Source: Thermoproteota archaeon
Lineage (GTDB): Archaea > Thermoproteota > EX4484-205 > JAAOZP01
Reading direction: 5' to 3'
Assembly: GCA_049700215.1 (NCBI GenBank)
Contig: JBNAVT010000002.1
Location: 14,711 to 78,710, forward strand
Length of the DNA: 64,000 nucleotides
Position 1 is the first letter of the stretch. Every line of letters starts with the position of its first letter. A program made the translations under genes and the position numbers. Shown here in pieces: positions 19,856 through 29,469 of this stretch. The notes under the pieces are model-generated. The model had not been told where the DNA came from and did not search any database. It was given only the letters and a program-made list of their open reading frames with translations.

Positions 19856-21014
19856 ATCTTAAAGCCTCCACGGGCCTTATTCTGGAAGCGTTCCAAGATG
19901 GGAGCAGGCTGCTCAGGAAGCTCGCCGCAACCGATATTAAGAGGCCGTTTAAAACAGGCTCGTAGCTTATTATGAACGGCAGGCTTATCTGGAACCTGAA
20001 GACTCTGGGGAGCATGTAAACAACAATAACGTAGCCAAGGCCCATGCCGAGGGCTGACCCGAACAATCCTCCTAAAAGGCCGAGAATAATGCCTTCAACC
20101 AGGAAAATATAGAGAACCTGCAGGGGTGAAGCGCCTATCGACTTCAAAACCCCTATCTCCCTTATCTTCTCCCTAATGCTCATCGTGATCGTGTTCATGG
20201 TTCCGACGCCGGCTACGATTATGCTTATGGCGCTTATTGTGAATATCACAGCGTCAATCGTGTCTAGAATAGCCTGGCTCTGCTTCAGGACATCCTCCTC
20301 GGTTGAGACTGAGAGGCTCGGGTAAGTCGACCTTATGGCGTTGACGACGCTGCTCATGATGCTTGAATTATATACTCTTACCAGGATCATGTCTGCAAGC
20401 CCCCTCTTGTTCAAAATCCTCTCTCCCTGCTCAAGGCTCACTACGACAACCGAGGCTGGCCCAGCTAGAGCAGCTTGGAATAGCCCACCGATCTCCGAAA
20501 GGCCTACGACCTTGAAGGATACTCCCTCCTGCACGTAGGATGTCACGATCCTCACGGTCGAGTTCACTGAAACACCTAGTTTCTTAGCGGACTCCTCCGG
20601 CATTAAGCATTCTCTAGCGTTTGGAGAGGAGACTCCTGAGCCGCTTAAGATCGTCTGGAACGATTTTATCTCCTCCACTGGGACGGCGAGTATGAACGCG
20701 TTGCTCGACTCAACGAGGCCTGAGCCGATTATAACTGGGACAGCTCTTTCAACGCCAGTAATATTGCTTATCAGGTGAACCACGTAGATCGACATGGGCT
20801 CGCTGTTCCTGGTTCTGACTATTACTGATGATCCCAACAGGGTGTTTATCTCGCTCTCAACCCTTGCGCGCATACCCAGTGAAACTATGAAGAGGGAGAC
20901 TAGGGAGGCTATGCCTATTGAAATACCTAGCACAGTAAGGCCTGCTCTAAGCTTTTTATTCGTAATATCCCTGAGGGCATAGCGCGTCAAGTATAGCAGT
21001 GTAATCATCCCCAT
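19848..21014 (-). CDS. ABC transporter permease (MacB/FtsX family)
   Basis: RAGLTVLGISIGIA; GTMNTITMSIREKIREIGVLKSIGA; [13 protein letters not shown]. Confidence 0.92.
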   Translation of the reverse strand: MGMITLLYLTRYALRDITNKKLRAGLTVLGISIGIASLVSLFIVSLGMRARVESEINTLLGSSVIVRTRNSEPMSIYVVHLISNITGVERAVPVIIGSGLVESSNAFILAVPVEEIKSFQTILSGSGVSSPNARECLMPEESAKKLGVSVNSTVRIVTSYVQEGVSFKVVGLSEIGGLFQAALAGPASVVVVSLEQGERILNKRGLADMILVRVYNSSIMSSVVNAIRSTYPSLSVSTEEDVLKQSQAILDTIDAVIFTISAISIIVAGVGTMNTITMSIREKIREIGVLKSIGASPLQVLYIFLVEGIILGLLGGLFGSALGMGLGYVIVVYMLPRVFRFQISLPFIISYEPVLNGLLISVAASFLSSLLPSWNASRIRPVEALRYE

Positions 21015-21055
21015 TCACGCGGCCCAGCGGGTAAATAAATATTAGCCTTTATTGC

Positions 21056-21904
21056 TTATGCGGTAAGGATGTATATCGTGACGCCCAGGAGTCCAGCTAT
21101 AAGGCTTGAGACAAAGTTCACCACGTGGTTGTCGAAGCCGCTAACCCCCTTCACTAAAACGTATTCCCCCTGCTCTCTAGGCTGCTCGCGAAGCCTGCCG
21201 TCAGCCTTAGAAACATACGCTTCTTGAACAGTTGCTCCAAGCAGGCTGTCCACAATCATCCCCAGGAACCCGCCTGCTGAGCACGCCACTAATAAGCGTT
21301 GAAAATCACTAACTCCGGAAAGAATGCCTGGGGTGTTAACCAGGTGGAGTGCTAATGCTACCAGTGCTATAGCCACGGATCCTAGAAGTCCTGCGACAGT
21401 ACCCAGCAGGGTGACGCCGCCTGAAACCCCTTTCTCAACCCTACTCTTCAGCCTTGTTATGAGCCTCGGCTTAGAGTTGCTCAACAAGCCTATTTCAGTG
21501 GCCAGCGTGTCTGCAGCGGCCGAGCAGACGGCTGTTGTGAAGAAGACGAGGAATACCTCCATCCGGAATACGTGTTCGAGCATTATGGGTATTGCTGCTG
21601 GCCCACCGTTTGCAAGAACGTTCACCCAGCTTCTAACCCCGCCCTTCTCCTGGCTTAAAGTATCCAGCTCCTTGTCTCTACGCCTATACTTCGTGAACCC
21701 GACTCCGAGTATGAGGAACGCTAACAGTATTATGAAGCAGTCCCATCCTCCTAGGAAGACCACTATTACCCCCAGTAAGACGGAGGCTAGGACTCCGGAG
21801 AAGGTTAGGGAGTGCGAGACATAGGTTGCTACTGCCAGCGTGACTACCACGAGCGTTTTAACGAGCGTTTCGTCAAGCATCAAAAGACTGAGGACTCTTC
21901 TCAA
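21056..21904 (-). CDS. DUF92 family integral membrane protein
   Basis: RSWVNVLANGG; ADTLATEIG; GVSGGVTLLG; DSLLGATVQ; NHVVNF. Confidence 0.9.
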   Translation of the reverse strand: MRRVLSLLMLDETLVKTLVVVTLAVATYVSHSLTFSGVLASVLLGVIVVFLGGWDCFIILLAFLILGVGFTKYRRRDKELDTLSQEKGGVRSWVNVLANGGPAAIPIMLEHVFRMEVFLVFFTTAVCSAAADTLATEIGLLSNSKPRLITRLKSRVEKGVSGGVTLLGTVAGLLGSVAIALVALALHLVNTPGILSGVSDFQRLLVACSAGGFLGMIVDSLLGATVQEAYVSKADGRLREQPREQGEYVLVKGVSGFDNHVVNFVSSLIAGLLGVTIYILTA

Positions 21905-21918
21905 AGGAGTATTTAAGC

Positions 21919-22656
21919 TTAGCCCAGTGAGGCGAGCTTTTCTATAAGCTCCTTGGTAGAGCCCAGGTTCGACAGTGCTACAACAATCCCGTCGACCTTA
22001 GCTATCTCCGTGGCAACGGGGTCAAGATCCTTAGGACCGTGGAGAATGATCATCTTCGGCTTAAAAGGGTATAGGTGTATCCCTACTAAGGGGCTTCTCC
22101 CATGCTGAACATTCGTGAAGACAAGCGTCCTTATATTGGTGTAGCCGAAAACATTAACCAAGTCATACCATTTGAAGTAAAGTATTGCTTTAACGCTGTC
22201 CAGCACCGTGTGACCGAAGACAAAGTCGTCAAGCATGTCTGGAAAGGTTTCCACCCTGCCCTCCACTGCCTCAACAACCTTACGCATGGAAACAGGCCTA
22301 GAGTACTCTTTCATGTCTAGAATTATTCCTTTAAGAATGGGCTCAGTCTTCAAAAGGTCTATCAGGTGCGCCCCACCCCTTTCAGCATCGCTTTCAACAA
22401 GGTTCTGAACATAGTGTCTTAGAAAACTTATTCCAGGATTCCTCCTCCTGCCAGTTTCATAGTCGCTTATTACTGAGGCTGAAATCCCCATTTTGCTGGC
22501 TAGGGTTTTCTGAGAGACCCCGAACTTCTCACGCCAGTTTCTAAGGACTATGAAAGGCTGCTCAGCTAGGACGACGTCGCTGATGATCTTCTTCATCGAC
22601 ACTTGCTTGGCTACTGCGAGCAGCTCGCTAAGGTAAGGAACTAGTTCATCGCTCAT
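21919..22656 (-). CDS. Archaeal XRE-family HTH transcriptional regulator (COG1709-like)
   Basis: LRNWREKFGVSQKTLASKMGISASVISDYETGRRRNPG; C-terminal GHTVLDSVKAI, LVFTNVQHGRSP. Confidence 0.85.
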   Translation of the reverse strand: MSDELVPYLSELLAVAKQVSMKKIISDVVLAEQPFIVLRNWREKFGVSQKTLASKMGISASVISDYETGRRRNPGISFLRHYVQNLVESDAERGGAHLIDLLKTEPILKGIILDMKEYSRPVSMRKVVEAVEGRVETFPDMLDDFVFGHTVLDSVKAILYFKWYDLVNVFGYTNIRTLVFTNVQHGRSPLVGIHLYPFKPKMIILHGPKDLDPVATEIAKVDGIVVALSNLGSTKELIEKLASLG

Positions 22657-22707
22657 AGTCGAGACAGGAATAAACGTTAGCCGATACTTAAGCCTTTGCC
22701 GTCTAAA

Positions 22708-23142
22708 CTAGCCACTATCCCGCTCCCCGTAGACCCGTTGAGGGTTAAAAACCCTGCTCCCAATCCTTTTAAAGCGGCCGCTTTTAAGAATCTTCCTGTA
22801 GAAACAGGTTTTATAGCCCATGTGGCACGCGCCAGGGCCCTCCTGCTTCACGGTGAAGAGCAGAGAGTTGTTTTCACAATTAACCCTGACCTCCAGAACC
22901 CTCTGCACGAAGCCAGATACTTCTCCTTTCATCCACGTCTTCCTTCTTCTTCTCGAGTAGTAATGCATGAAGCCTGTTGAAAGAGTTTTTAGAAGAGCAC
23001 TCCTGTTCATGAACGCCATCATCAATACCTCCCCGTCAATACTCCTCGCCACCGCAGGGATCAAGCCTTTTTCGAAATTAAGTTGAGAGATTATCCTCCT
23101 AGTTTTCTCAACGCTTATCTTAAACACTCGTCTCGCCTCCAC
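22708..23142 (-). CDS. hisI: Phosphoribosyl-AMP cyclohydrolase
   Basis: GLIPAV; VLMMAFMN; YYSR; W.KGE.SG; ACHMGYKTCFYR. Confidence 0.9.
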   Translation of the reverse strand: MEARRVFKISVEKTRRIISQLNFEKGLIPAVARSIDGEVLMMAFMNRSALLKTLSTGFMHYYSRRRRKTWMKGEVSGFVQRVLEVRVNCENNSLLFTVKQEGPGACHMGYKTCFYRKILKSGRFKRIGSRVFNPQRVYGERDSG

Positions 23143-23740
23143 AGAGCTCTAGGAAGTTTCTGAGTATTCTTAGCCCGGGCTGCCAGCTTTTCTCAGGATG
23201 GAACTGCACGCCGAAAACGTTTTCCTTCTCGAACACGACTGGGAACCTGAAGCCCCGGTGGCTCGCGAAGGCGACAGCGTCATCAGCGTCGTACTCCAAG
23301 GGGGCGTAGGAGTGTGCAAAATACACGTAGGTGTTACTCTCTACCCCTTTCATAAGAATGGATTTCCTGCCTATTTCTATGCTGTTCCAGCCTATGTGGG
23401 GAAGCCGTTCGACAGGAATCTTTTTTACAAGCCCTCTGAAAAACCCGAGGCCCTTTTCACCCTGCTCACCCTCCTCGCTTCCGTTGAACATGAGCTGCAG
23501 GCCTAAGCATATTCCGAGCACGGGGAAACCCTTTTCCACAAGGCTCGTAATCCTCTCCCTTTCCCCGTCAATCTTTTTAAAAGCGGCTGAATAGCTTCCT
23601 ACCCCTGGAATAACGAGACCGTTGAAACCCTCTTCCAAGGCTGTTGAAGAGACTATTCTCGGATCGGCTCCAACTCTCTTCAGTGACGCGCTTATGCTTG
23701 CGAGGTTTCCAACCCCGCAGTCAAGTATCAGTATTCTCAT
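23120..23740 (-). CDS. hisH: Imidazole glycerol phosphate synthase glutaminase subunit
   Basis: GNLAS; PGVG; GICLGLQ; PHIGWN; YFAHSY; QFHPEKS. Confidence 0.95.
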   Translation of the reverse strand: MRILILDCGVGNLASISASLKRVGADPRIVSSTALEEGFNGLVIPGVGSYSAAFKKIDGERERITSLVEKGFPVLGICLGLQLMFNGSEEGEQGEKGLGFFRGLVKKIPVERLPHIGWNSIEIGRKSILMKGVESNTYVYFAHSYAPLEYDADDAVAFASHRGFRFPVVFEKENVFGVQFHPEKSWQPGLRILRNFLELCGGETSV

Positions 23741-24021
23741 CAGTGTCTACGCCTTCTCTCAAGCTCTTTCACAACTTCCTCAAGCTCTACTCCGGATGCT
23801 GCCAACACTACCAGATAGTGGAAGAGAAGGTCAGCAGCCTCTGCGACCTTGTCGCCTCCTCCCTGGACTGCTGAGGCGAATTCAAAAGCCTCCTCTCCGA
23901 ATTTTCCGAGAACCCTATCCATACCTCCCTCAACAATGCTTGCTACATAAGATCCATTCGGCTTCTCGCGCACCCTGTTTTTCACAACTTCGAACAGTTC
24001 AGCCAAGTATTCAAGAGTCAA
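23740..24021 (-). CDS. hisE: Phosphoribosyl-ATP pyrophosphatase
   Basis: GSYVAS; KFGEEAFE; EAADLLFHYLV. Confidence 0.93.
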   Translation of the reverse strand: MTLEYLAELFEVVKNRVREKPNGSYVASIVEGGMDRVLGKFGEEAFEFASAVQGGGDKVAEAADLLFHYLVVLAASGVELEEVVKELERRRRH

Positions 24022-24776
24022 AGCCTTACCTCAACCCCTTTCCCATTTAGCCATTTCTTAATGTCTAAAACACTATACTGGTCATAGTGTAGGATTGAAG
24101 CAATAAGCGCGGCGTCAGCGCCACCTTTAGTAAGAGCCTCGTAAATGTGTTGCAACGAGCCGGCTCCGCCTGAGGCTATTATGGGAATGTTGACGCTTCT
24201 CCTCGCCGCCTGCAATAGTTCAACATCGTAGCCTAGTCTTGTGCCATCCGCGTCTATGCTTGTTAAAAGTATTTCTCCAGCACCCTCGTGTTCGCAGGTC
24301 TTGATCCATTCAAGCGCATCCAATCCCGTAGGCTCTTTTCCAGCTCTAACGTAGACCTCCCATCCTTTCTCAACTCTTTTAGCGTCGACAGCGACTACGA
24401 CGCACTGACTCCCGAAAACACCGCTAGCCCTTCTAACCAGGCTCCTATCCTTAACGGCTGCAGTATTAACTGAAACCTTGTCTGCGCCGGCTCTTAGAAG
24501 CCTCCCGAAATCCTCCACGCTTCTAACTCCTCCGCCGACGGTCAGCGGTATGAAAAGGTTCTCAGCGGTCCTCTTAACTACTTCCACCATGGTTTCCCTT
24601 TCCTCCGGCGTTGCAGAAATGTCGAGGAAAACTATCTCGTCAGCAGATTGCTCCATGTATTTAACCGCGAGCTCCGCTGGGTCTCCTATTCTCTGTAGGT
24701 TTGAAAACTTGACGCCCTTCACCACGATGCCATCGTAAACGTCAAGACACGGAATTATTCTCTTGGCTAAGCCCAT
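24018..24776 (-). CDS. hisF: Imidazole glycerol phosphate synthase cyclase subunit
   Basis: KRIIPCLDV; ADEIVFLDI; TVGGGVR; GADKVSVNT; EILLTSIDADG. Confidence 0.97.
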   Translation of the reverse strand: MGLAKRIIPCLDVYDGIVVKGVKFSNLQRIGDPAELAVKYMEQSADEIVFLDISATPEERETMVEVVKRTAENLFIPLTVGGGVRSVEDFGRLLRAGADKVSVNTAAVKDRSLVRRASGVFGSQCVVVAVDAKRVEKGWEVYVRAGKEPTGLDALEWIKTCEHEGAGEILLTSIDADGTRLGYDVELLQAARRSVNIPIIASGGAGSLQHIYEALTKGGADAALIASILHYDQYSVLDIKKWLNGKGVEVRL

Positions 24777-24779
24777 TTC

Positions 24780-25361
24780 TTACAAGACCCCCTTCTCACT
24801 CGGTATCGTTGAACCTTCTACTGAAACCGCCTGTTTAAGAGCAAGCCCCGCGGCTTTAAACACGGCTTCGGCTAAGTGGTGCGGATCGCCGTTTCTAAAG
24901 ATAAGTATGTGAAGCGTCAAGCCAGATGAGTTTGAAAGGCTTCTGAAGAAGTGTGGAATCATGCTAGTACCTATGTTTCCAACCATTGTCTGATTAAACT
25001 TCATGTTGTGGGAGAAGAAAGGCCTTCCGCTCAAGTCCAGTGAAACGCACGCAAGCACCTCGTCCATAGGAACAATAGAATACCCAAACCTATTCACTCC
25101 CTTTTTCTCGCCAAGTGCTCTTCTTAAAGCCTCGCCTAAAGCTATTGCAACATCCTCGATTAAATGGTGTTCGTCGCATTCAACCTTGTTTCTCGCGCTT
25201 AGCCTAAGGTTGAAGCCTGAGAACCTAATCATGCTTCCCAAGAAATGGTTGAACACAGGGTAGGGTGTCTCTACGGCGTGCCCCCCATCCCCTTCCAGGG
25301 TTAGCTCCAGCTCAACCACTGTTTCAACTGTTTCCCTGCGAACCATGGATGTTCTCGTCAA
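24780..25361 (-). CDS. hisB: Imidazoleglycerol-phosphate dehydratase
   Basis: RETVET; DEHHLIEDVAI; PMDE; LDLSGRP; HHLAEAVFKA; PSEKGVL. Confidence 0.95.
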   Translation of the reverse strand: MTRTSMVRRETVETVVELELTLEGDGGHAVETPYPVFNHFLGSMIRFSGFNLRLSARNKVECDEHHLIEDVAIALGEALRRALGEKKGVNRFGYSIVPMDEVLACVSLDLSGRPFFSHNMKFNQTMVGNIGTSMIPHFFRSLSNSSGLTLHILIFRNGDPHHLAEAVFKAAGLALKQAVSVEGSTIPSEKGVL

Positions 25362-26080
25362 TCCTCGGCAATCCTCCTTAGGTCCTTTAAGCTTAGCAGC
25401 CCGTTGTAAAAAGCCTTTCCGATAATCACTCCTTCTACACCAGTCTTTTTCAAAGCCAAGACGTCTTCTAGAGAAGTAACTCCTCCCGCGTACATGAGCT
25501 CCAAACCTGTTTCTCTGAGAATGGTTAAGAATGAAAGCGTTTCATAGCGCAATCCTGCTAGCGAGCCCTCCCTTTCAACATCTGTTAGGAGGACTCCTTC
25601 CAAACCTATTTTTCCATCGACCCTGGAGACCCATGTGGCAACCTCCTCCCCTCTGACAGTGATGCTCTCCTTCCCGGTGCCTCTGAACATGTTTCCCCCA
25701 AGATAGTCTATTCCGAGAACAATCCTCTCTAAGCCTGAAAAAACAGCCGCGGCATCCGTCGAACAGGGCTTCAGTCTCACAACAATCTTTGAAGCACCGT
25801 TTGAAAGAAAGTCTTCAGCCTGCTTCCTACTCCTGATTCCACCTGCGACCTGAACAGGTATCCCGACTGAGCGTATAACCCTCTTAATAATGCTGGCGTT
25901 ACTTCTCCCCGTGTCCAAGGCAGCGTCTATGTCGACCAGGTGAATCATACTTGCGCCCGCCTTCTCCCAGTATAGCGCTATCTTAACCGGGTCAGAGTCT
26001 TCAAGAGTCTTCGCAACATGGCCTACTACCTCCACTCTTTTTGAACCCATTAAGTCTATCGCGGGAACTATCTTCATCAA
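25358..26080 (-). CDS. hisA: ProFAR isomerase
   Basis: IVPAIDL; IHLVDIDAA; QVAGGIRS; TDVEREG; AGGV; IIGKA. Confidence 0.9.
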   Translation of the reverse strand: MMKIVPAIDLMGSKRVEVVGHVAKTLEDSDPVKIALYWEKAGASMIHLVDIDAALDTGRSNASIIKRVIRSVGIPVQVAGGIRSRKQAEDFLSNGASKIVVRLKPCSTDAAAVFSGLERIVLGIDYLGGNMFRGTGKESITVRGEEVATWVSRVDGKIGLEGVLLTDVEREGSLAGLRYETLSFLTILRETGLELMYAGGVTSLEDVLALKKTGVEGVIIGKAFYNGLLSLKDLRRIAED

Positions 26081-26991
26081 ACTATCACCTTGTCGATGTT
26101 CAGAACGAGAATATCCCGGGCACCCTTGTTTTTAACATTGTAAACAACTTCAAAAACCTTGTCAGAGTCTACAACAGTTATGACCTCCCACATTGGCTCT
26201 TTAGACTCTACTTTCGAGATAGTTGGGCCGCTCATGCAGGGTAGACAGCTGACAACCTCCTTCAAGCATTCTTCAGGCACATTCATCATCAGCAGCTTTT
26301 TTCCTTGTGCCAGCTGGGTTGCTTGAATAATGGATATTATGCTTCCAATGATTGGTTGCTTCTCTGGTTTTTTAAGGCTGTTCCTGTTGCCTATAAGAAC
26401 CGCCTGCGAATCCATAATTGTTGAAAGAACCTTTAATCCGTGTAGAAGAAGCGTTGTGCCGGTGCTCATTACCGAGACTATGCAGTCGGATAGGCCGAGG
26501 TTCGGCATTGCTTCAGAGGTTCCTTCAACGCTTATGATTTCAGCGTTAGCATTAAGGCTTTGGAAGAAGCTTCTCGCTATGTTTGGAAACTCAGTTGCCA
26601 CTTTGAAGCTTCCTTTTCCCAACAGGTCGTTCAGGTCGCTGAATCTCGAGGAGGGTGCTGCGAGAACAAGCTTAGCATAACCGTAGTTGAGTGGAAGAAC
26701 CTCCTCCACATCTACACCGGCTTCCTTAACAAGGTCTCTCCCCGTGATGCCCAGGTCCACGACACCGTTTTCAACCATCCTCGGGATGTCTGCCGCACGG
26801 TTGAGCACTACTGCAAGCCCTTTTAAACGCGAGAAAGCCTGATAACTCCGGTCATTCGGGAAGTATGTCACCAGACCTGCTGACCCTAGTAGTTCAAGCG
26901 AAGGCTGGAGCAATCTTCCCTTGCTGGGAAGAGCTAGGAAAACCTGGTTTTTCAATTCGTCAAAGCCCTCCTTAAAGCATTGAGAAAGCAT
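26077..26991 (-). CDS. hisG: ATP phosphoribosyltransferase (long form)
   Basis: ALPSKGRL; RAADIP; DLGITG.D; VATEFP; STGTTL; C-terminal regulatory domain. Confidence 0.95.
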   Translation of the reverse strand: MLSQCFKEGFDELKNQVFLALPSKGRLLQPSLELLGSAGLVTYFPNDRSYQAFSRLKGLAVVLNRAADIPRMVENGVVDLGITGRDLVKEAGVDVEEVLPLNYGYAKLVLAAPSSRFSDLNDLLGKGSFKVATEFPNIARSFFQSLNANAEIISVEGTSEAMPNLGLSDCIVSVMSTGTTLLLHGLKVLSTIMDSQAVLIGNRNSLKKPEKQPIIGSIISIIQATQLAQGKKLLMMNVPEECLKEVVSCLPCMSGPTISKVESKEPMWEVITVVDSDKVFEVVYNVKNKGARDILVLNIDKVIV

Positions 26992-27956
26992 TTCAGCTCA
27001 ACCATGGTTCCAACCGTGACTCTTAGAAACGCTTCCTCAACGCCCCCCCATTCAGAAGTTACTGAACGCACCCTTATGTTTTCAGCAAGAAGCTTTTCAA
27101 AGACTTTTTGAGCGTCTCTAACATAAACTGGAACGTAATTCGCCTTGGAATCACAGGTCTTAACGCCGTCAAGCCTGTTCAACCCGTTTACCACATAGGC
27201 CCTGTTCAGGGAGGTTGATTCGACAACCATTCTAAGCCACTCTTCATCTTCAATAGCCGCCTTAGATGCTTCCACAGCCGGGGCTGGAACGTCGAAAGGA
27301 CCCATGGCTTCCTCAACCTTTCTCAAGACGGATCTTTCCCCTGCAAGATAGCCTGACCTTAAGCCCGCCAACCCGTATGCTTTAGAGAAGGTCCTGACTA
27401 GCACAAGGTTGTTGAAGCCGCGTAGAAATGAGATAAGGCTTTTACCATAGTACTCCGCATAGGCCTCGTCCACTATAACCATTCCGAACTCTTCAAGAAA
27501 CCTTCTCACAATCCTCTCTTCAACAACCTCTCCAGTCGGATTGTTTGGCGATCCTAACAATAGTACTGCGTCGCTGCCCGAGAGGCTAAAAACAGTATCC
27601 CAGCCCCTGCCAAGCCAAGAAGGGGTCTGCTCAACCTTGTCGAAGAAAAGCCTGGAAAACCTTGTGTACATTAGGAAGGCTGGTGAAGGTATTATAGCCC
27701 GCTCATATTTTTTCGACAAGCATTGCAACAGGGCCTGCAGCCCCCTGTCGCTGCCCGGGGTTGGAAGAACCTCCCCGGGCTGTAGACCAAGGCGGCTCGA
27801 TAAAAGCTCCCTGTATTCAACGTAATCCGGATACCTGTTTAGACGCATAGCTGCATTAAAATAGGCTAGTAAGGCCCTCGGAGATGGGCCAAACGGGTTT
27901 TCATTCGTGTCTAGACGGATGGGTTTTCCTTCATATCCGGATGATGGGAATTTCAT
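26952..27956 (-). CDS. hisC: Histidinol-phosphate aminotransferase
   Basis: RLDTNENP; SPNNPTG; VDEAYAE; RTFSKAYGLAGLRSG; ATG 27956 chosen because a TATA box lies at ~27987-27996. Confidence 0.92.
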   Translation of the reverse strand: MKFPSSGYEGKPIRLDTNENPFGPSPRALLAYFNAAMRLNRYPDYVEYRELLSSRLGLQPGEVLPTPGSDRGLQALLQCLSKKYERAIIPSPAFLMYTRFSRLFFDKVEQTPSWLGRGWDTVFSLSGSDAVLLLGSPNNPTGEVVEERIVRRFLEEFGMVIVDEAYAEYYGKSLISFLRGFNNLVLVRTFSKAYGLAGLRSGYLAGERSVLRKVEEAMGPFDVPAPAVEASKAAIEDEEWLRMVVESTSLNRAYVVNGLNRLDGVKTCDSKANYVPVYVRDAQKVFEKLLAENIRVRSVTSEWGGVEEAFLRVTVGTMVELKCFLNALRRALTN

Positions 27957-28027
27957 GGGAATAATGTTCCACTGGGAACCCACATGTTTATAAGCTTTTC
28001 CAAAGCCCCTAAACAAGGAAGATAAGC
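27957..28027. promoter_or_regulatory. Compact divergent promoter region between hisC and the AbrB-ACT regulator
   Basis: 71-bp gap containing TTTATAAGCTTTT (TATA plus BRE-like on the minus strand) ~30 bp upstream of the hisC ATG. Confidence 0.55.
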
Positions 28028-28444
28028 ATGCCGAAGACGTATCTTCTTAAAATAGACGATAGGGGCAGAATCCTGATACCTCAAGCCGTTAGAGACCTTA
28101 TGGGGCTTAGGCCGCAGTCTGAGACCGTCGGAACCTACGATTCTGAGAAAAACGTTTTCACGCTTATGCCTGCTAGGCAGGGTGGGTACTTCGTCAGGAT
28201 TGTTTTTAAAATATCTGACCAACCAGGCTCCTTGGCTAAGGTGGCTAACTCGCTCGCATCCTCGGGGATAAACCTTGTGGCAACGAGCTCGACAACCCTG
28301 GTGCCGGGTAAGCTGGCTGAGTGGGAAGTTATTGCAGACATTGACAAGGATTACCCGTTGAAGGAGCGTTTAAAAGGGGTTGTGGATGCCCTAAGGGGGA
28401 TCGTGTTCGAGTATGAAGCGGAGGAGGCTAGGGTTGAAACATAG
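28028..28444 (+). CDS. AbrB/MazE-type DNA-binding domain fused to an ACT domain
   Basis: KIDDRGRILIPQAVRDLMGL (AbrB) plus ISDQPGSLAKVANSLASSGINL (ACT). Confidence 0.85.
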   Translation: MPKTYLLKIDDRGRILIPQAVRDLMGLRPQSETVGTYDSEKNVFTLMPARQGGYFVRIVFKISDQPGSLAKVANSLASSGINLVATSSTTLVPGKLAEWEVIADIDKDYPLKERLKGVVDALRGIVFEYEAEEARVET

Positions 28445-28522
28445 TTTTCAGTTTTTCTACCAGGCTGGAATCAAAAAGATTTTTAAGCATCCTTAGAGAA
28501 TCCTTCTACGAATAAAGCCTAA

Positions 28523-28843
28523 ATGGTAGGGATAGAGGAAGCGTTAGGTGAAAGGATAAAGCCGTTTGACGACAAGGAAATTTTCGAGGAGCTAAGTAAG
28601 GAGGAACAGGTAATAACGATAAGGCTTGAGGTGACCAGGTGGAACAAGCAAATGACTATAATTGAAGGCATTGATCCCAAGGAAGTCGACTTGGCCGGCT
28701 TGGCTAAGAAGCTTAAGACTTACTGCGCATGCGGGGGAACCGTTAAGAACAATGCTATAATGCTTCAGGGCGACCACAGGCAGAGGGTCTACAACTATTT
28801 GTCTAAAAACGGCTTCTCAGAAAGAAACATAACAATACTGTAG
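28523..28843 (+). CDS. Translation initiation factor aIF1 (SUI1 family)
   Basis: TIIEGID; LAKKLKTYCACGGTVK; LQGDHR. Confidence 0.95.
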   Translation: MVGIEEALGERIKPFDDKEIFEELSKEEQVITIRLEVTRWNKQMTIIEGIDPKEVDLAGLAKKLKTYCACGGTVKNNAIMLQGDHRQRVYNYLSKNGFSERNITIL

Positions 28844-28943
28844 CCTGGAAAACAGGCTAAAATGCTGGTGGGGAGGGTCTTTTCTTAGACTGTGGTAGGA
28901 GTGTCAACGGAAAACCTTATCTTCAGGAATACATGTTTTTCAA

Positions 28944-29468
28944 GTGTTGGACGCGTTTGAATGCATCTCGAGAAGGAGGAGTGTAAGATCATTCTTAAAG
29001 AAGCCGGTTCCGAAGGAGCTTCTCGACAGGGTTCTTGAAGCCGCCCTCATGGCTCCCTCGGCCGGGGACATACATCCTTACAGGATAGTCGTCGTAGAGG
29101 ATGAGGGTAAGATAAGGCGTATTGCTGAAGCTGCTCTAAACCAAACGTTCATATCTCAGGCTCCCGTGGTAATAGTGTACCTGGTTTCACTGGAGGAGGC
29201 TTCAGCATACGGAAAGAGGGGGGTTGAACTTTACAGTATTCTTGACGTGGGCGCGTCAATGGAGAACCTTATGCTGGCAGCCACGAGCCTAGGCTTGTCA
29301 ACATGCTGGATCGGGGCTTTCGACGAGAGGCGGGTTGAAGAAGTTCTTAATGCTCCGAAAGGCTACAGGGCGGTTTCACTCACCCCCCTAGGCTACTCAG
29401 ATTCCACAGCCCGCGGGAGGCCACCCCCGCCTAGAAGCGCGAAGATCCTTTACGAGGGGTTTCGATAA
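28944..29468 (+). CDS. Nitroreductase family protein
   Basis: RRSVRSF; APSAG; ENLMLAATSLGLSTCWIGAF. Confidence 0.92.
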   Translation: MLDAFECISRRRSVRSFLKKPVPKELLDRVLEAALMAPSAGDIHPYRIVVVEDEGKIRRIAEAALNQTFISQAPVVIVYLVSLEEASAYGKRGVELYSILDVGASMENLMLAATSLGLSTCWIGAFDERRVEEVLNAPKGYRAVSLTPLGYSDSTARGRPPPPRSAKILYEGFR

Positions 29469-29469
29469 G

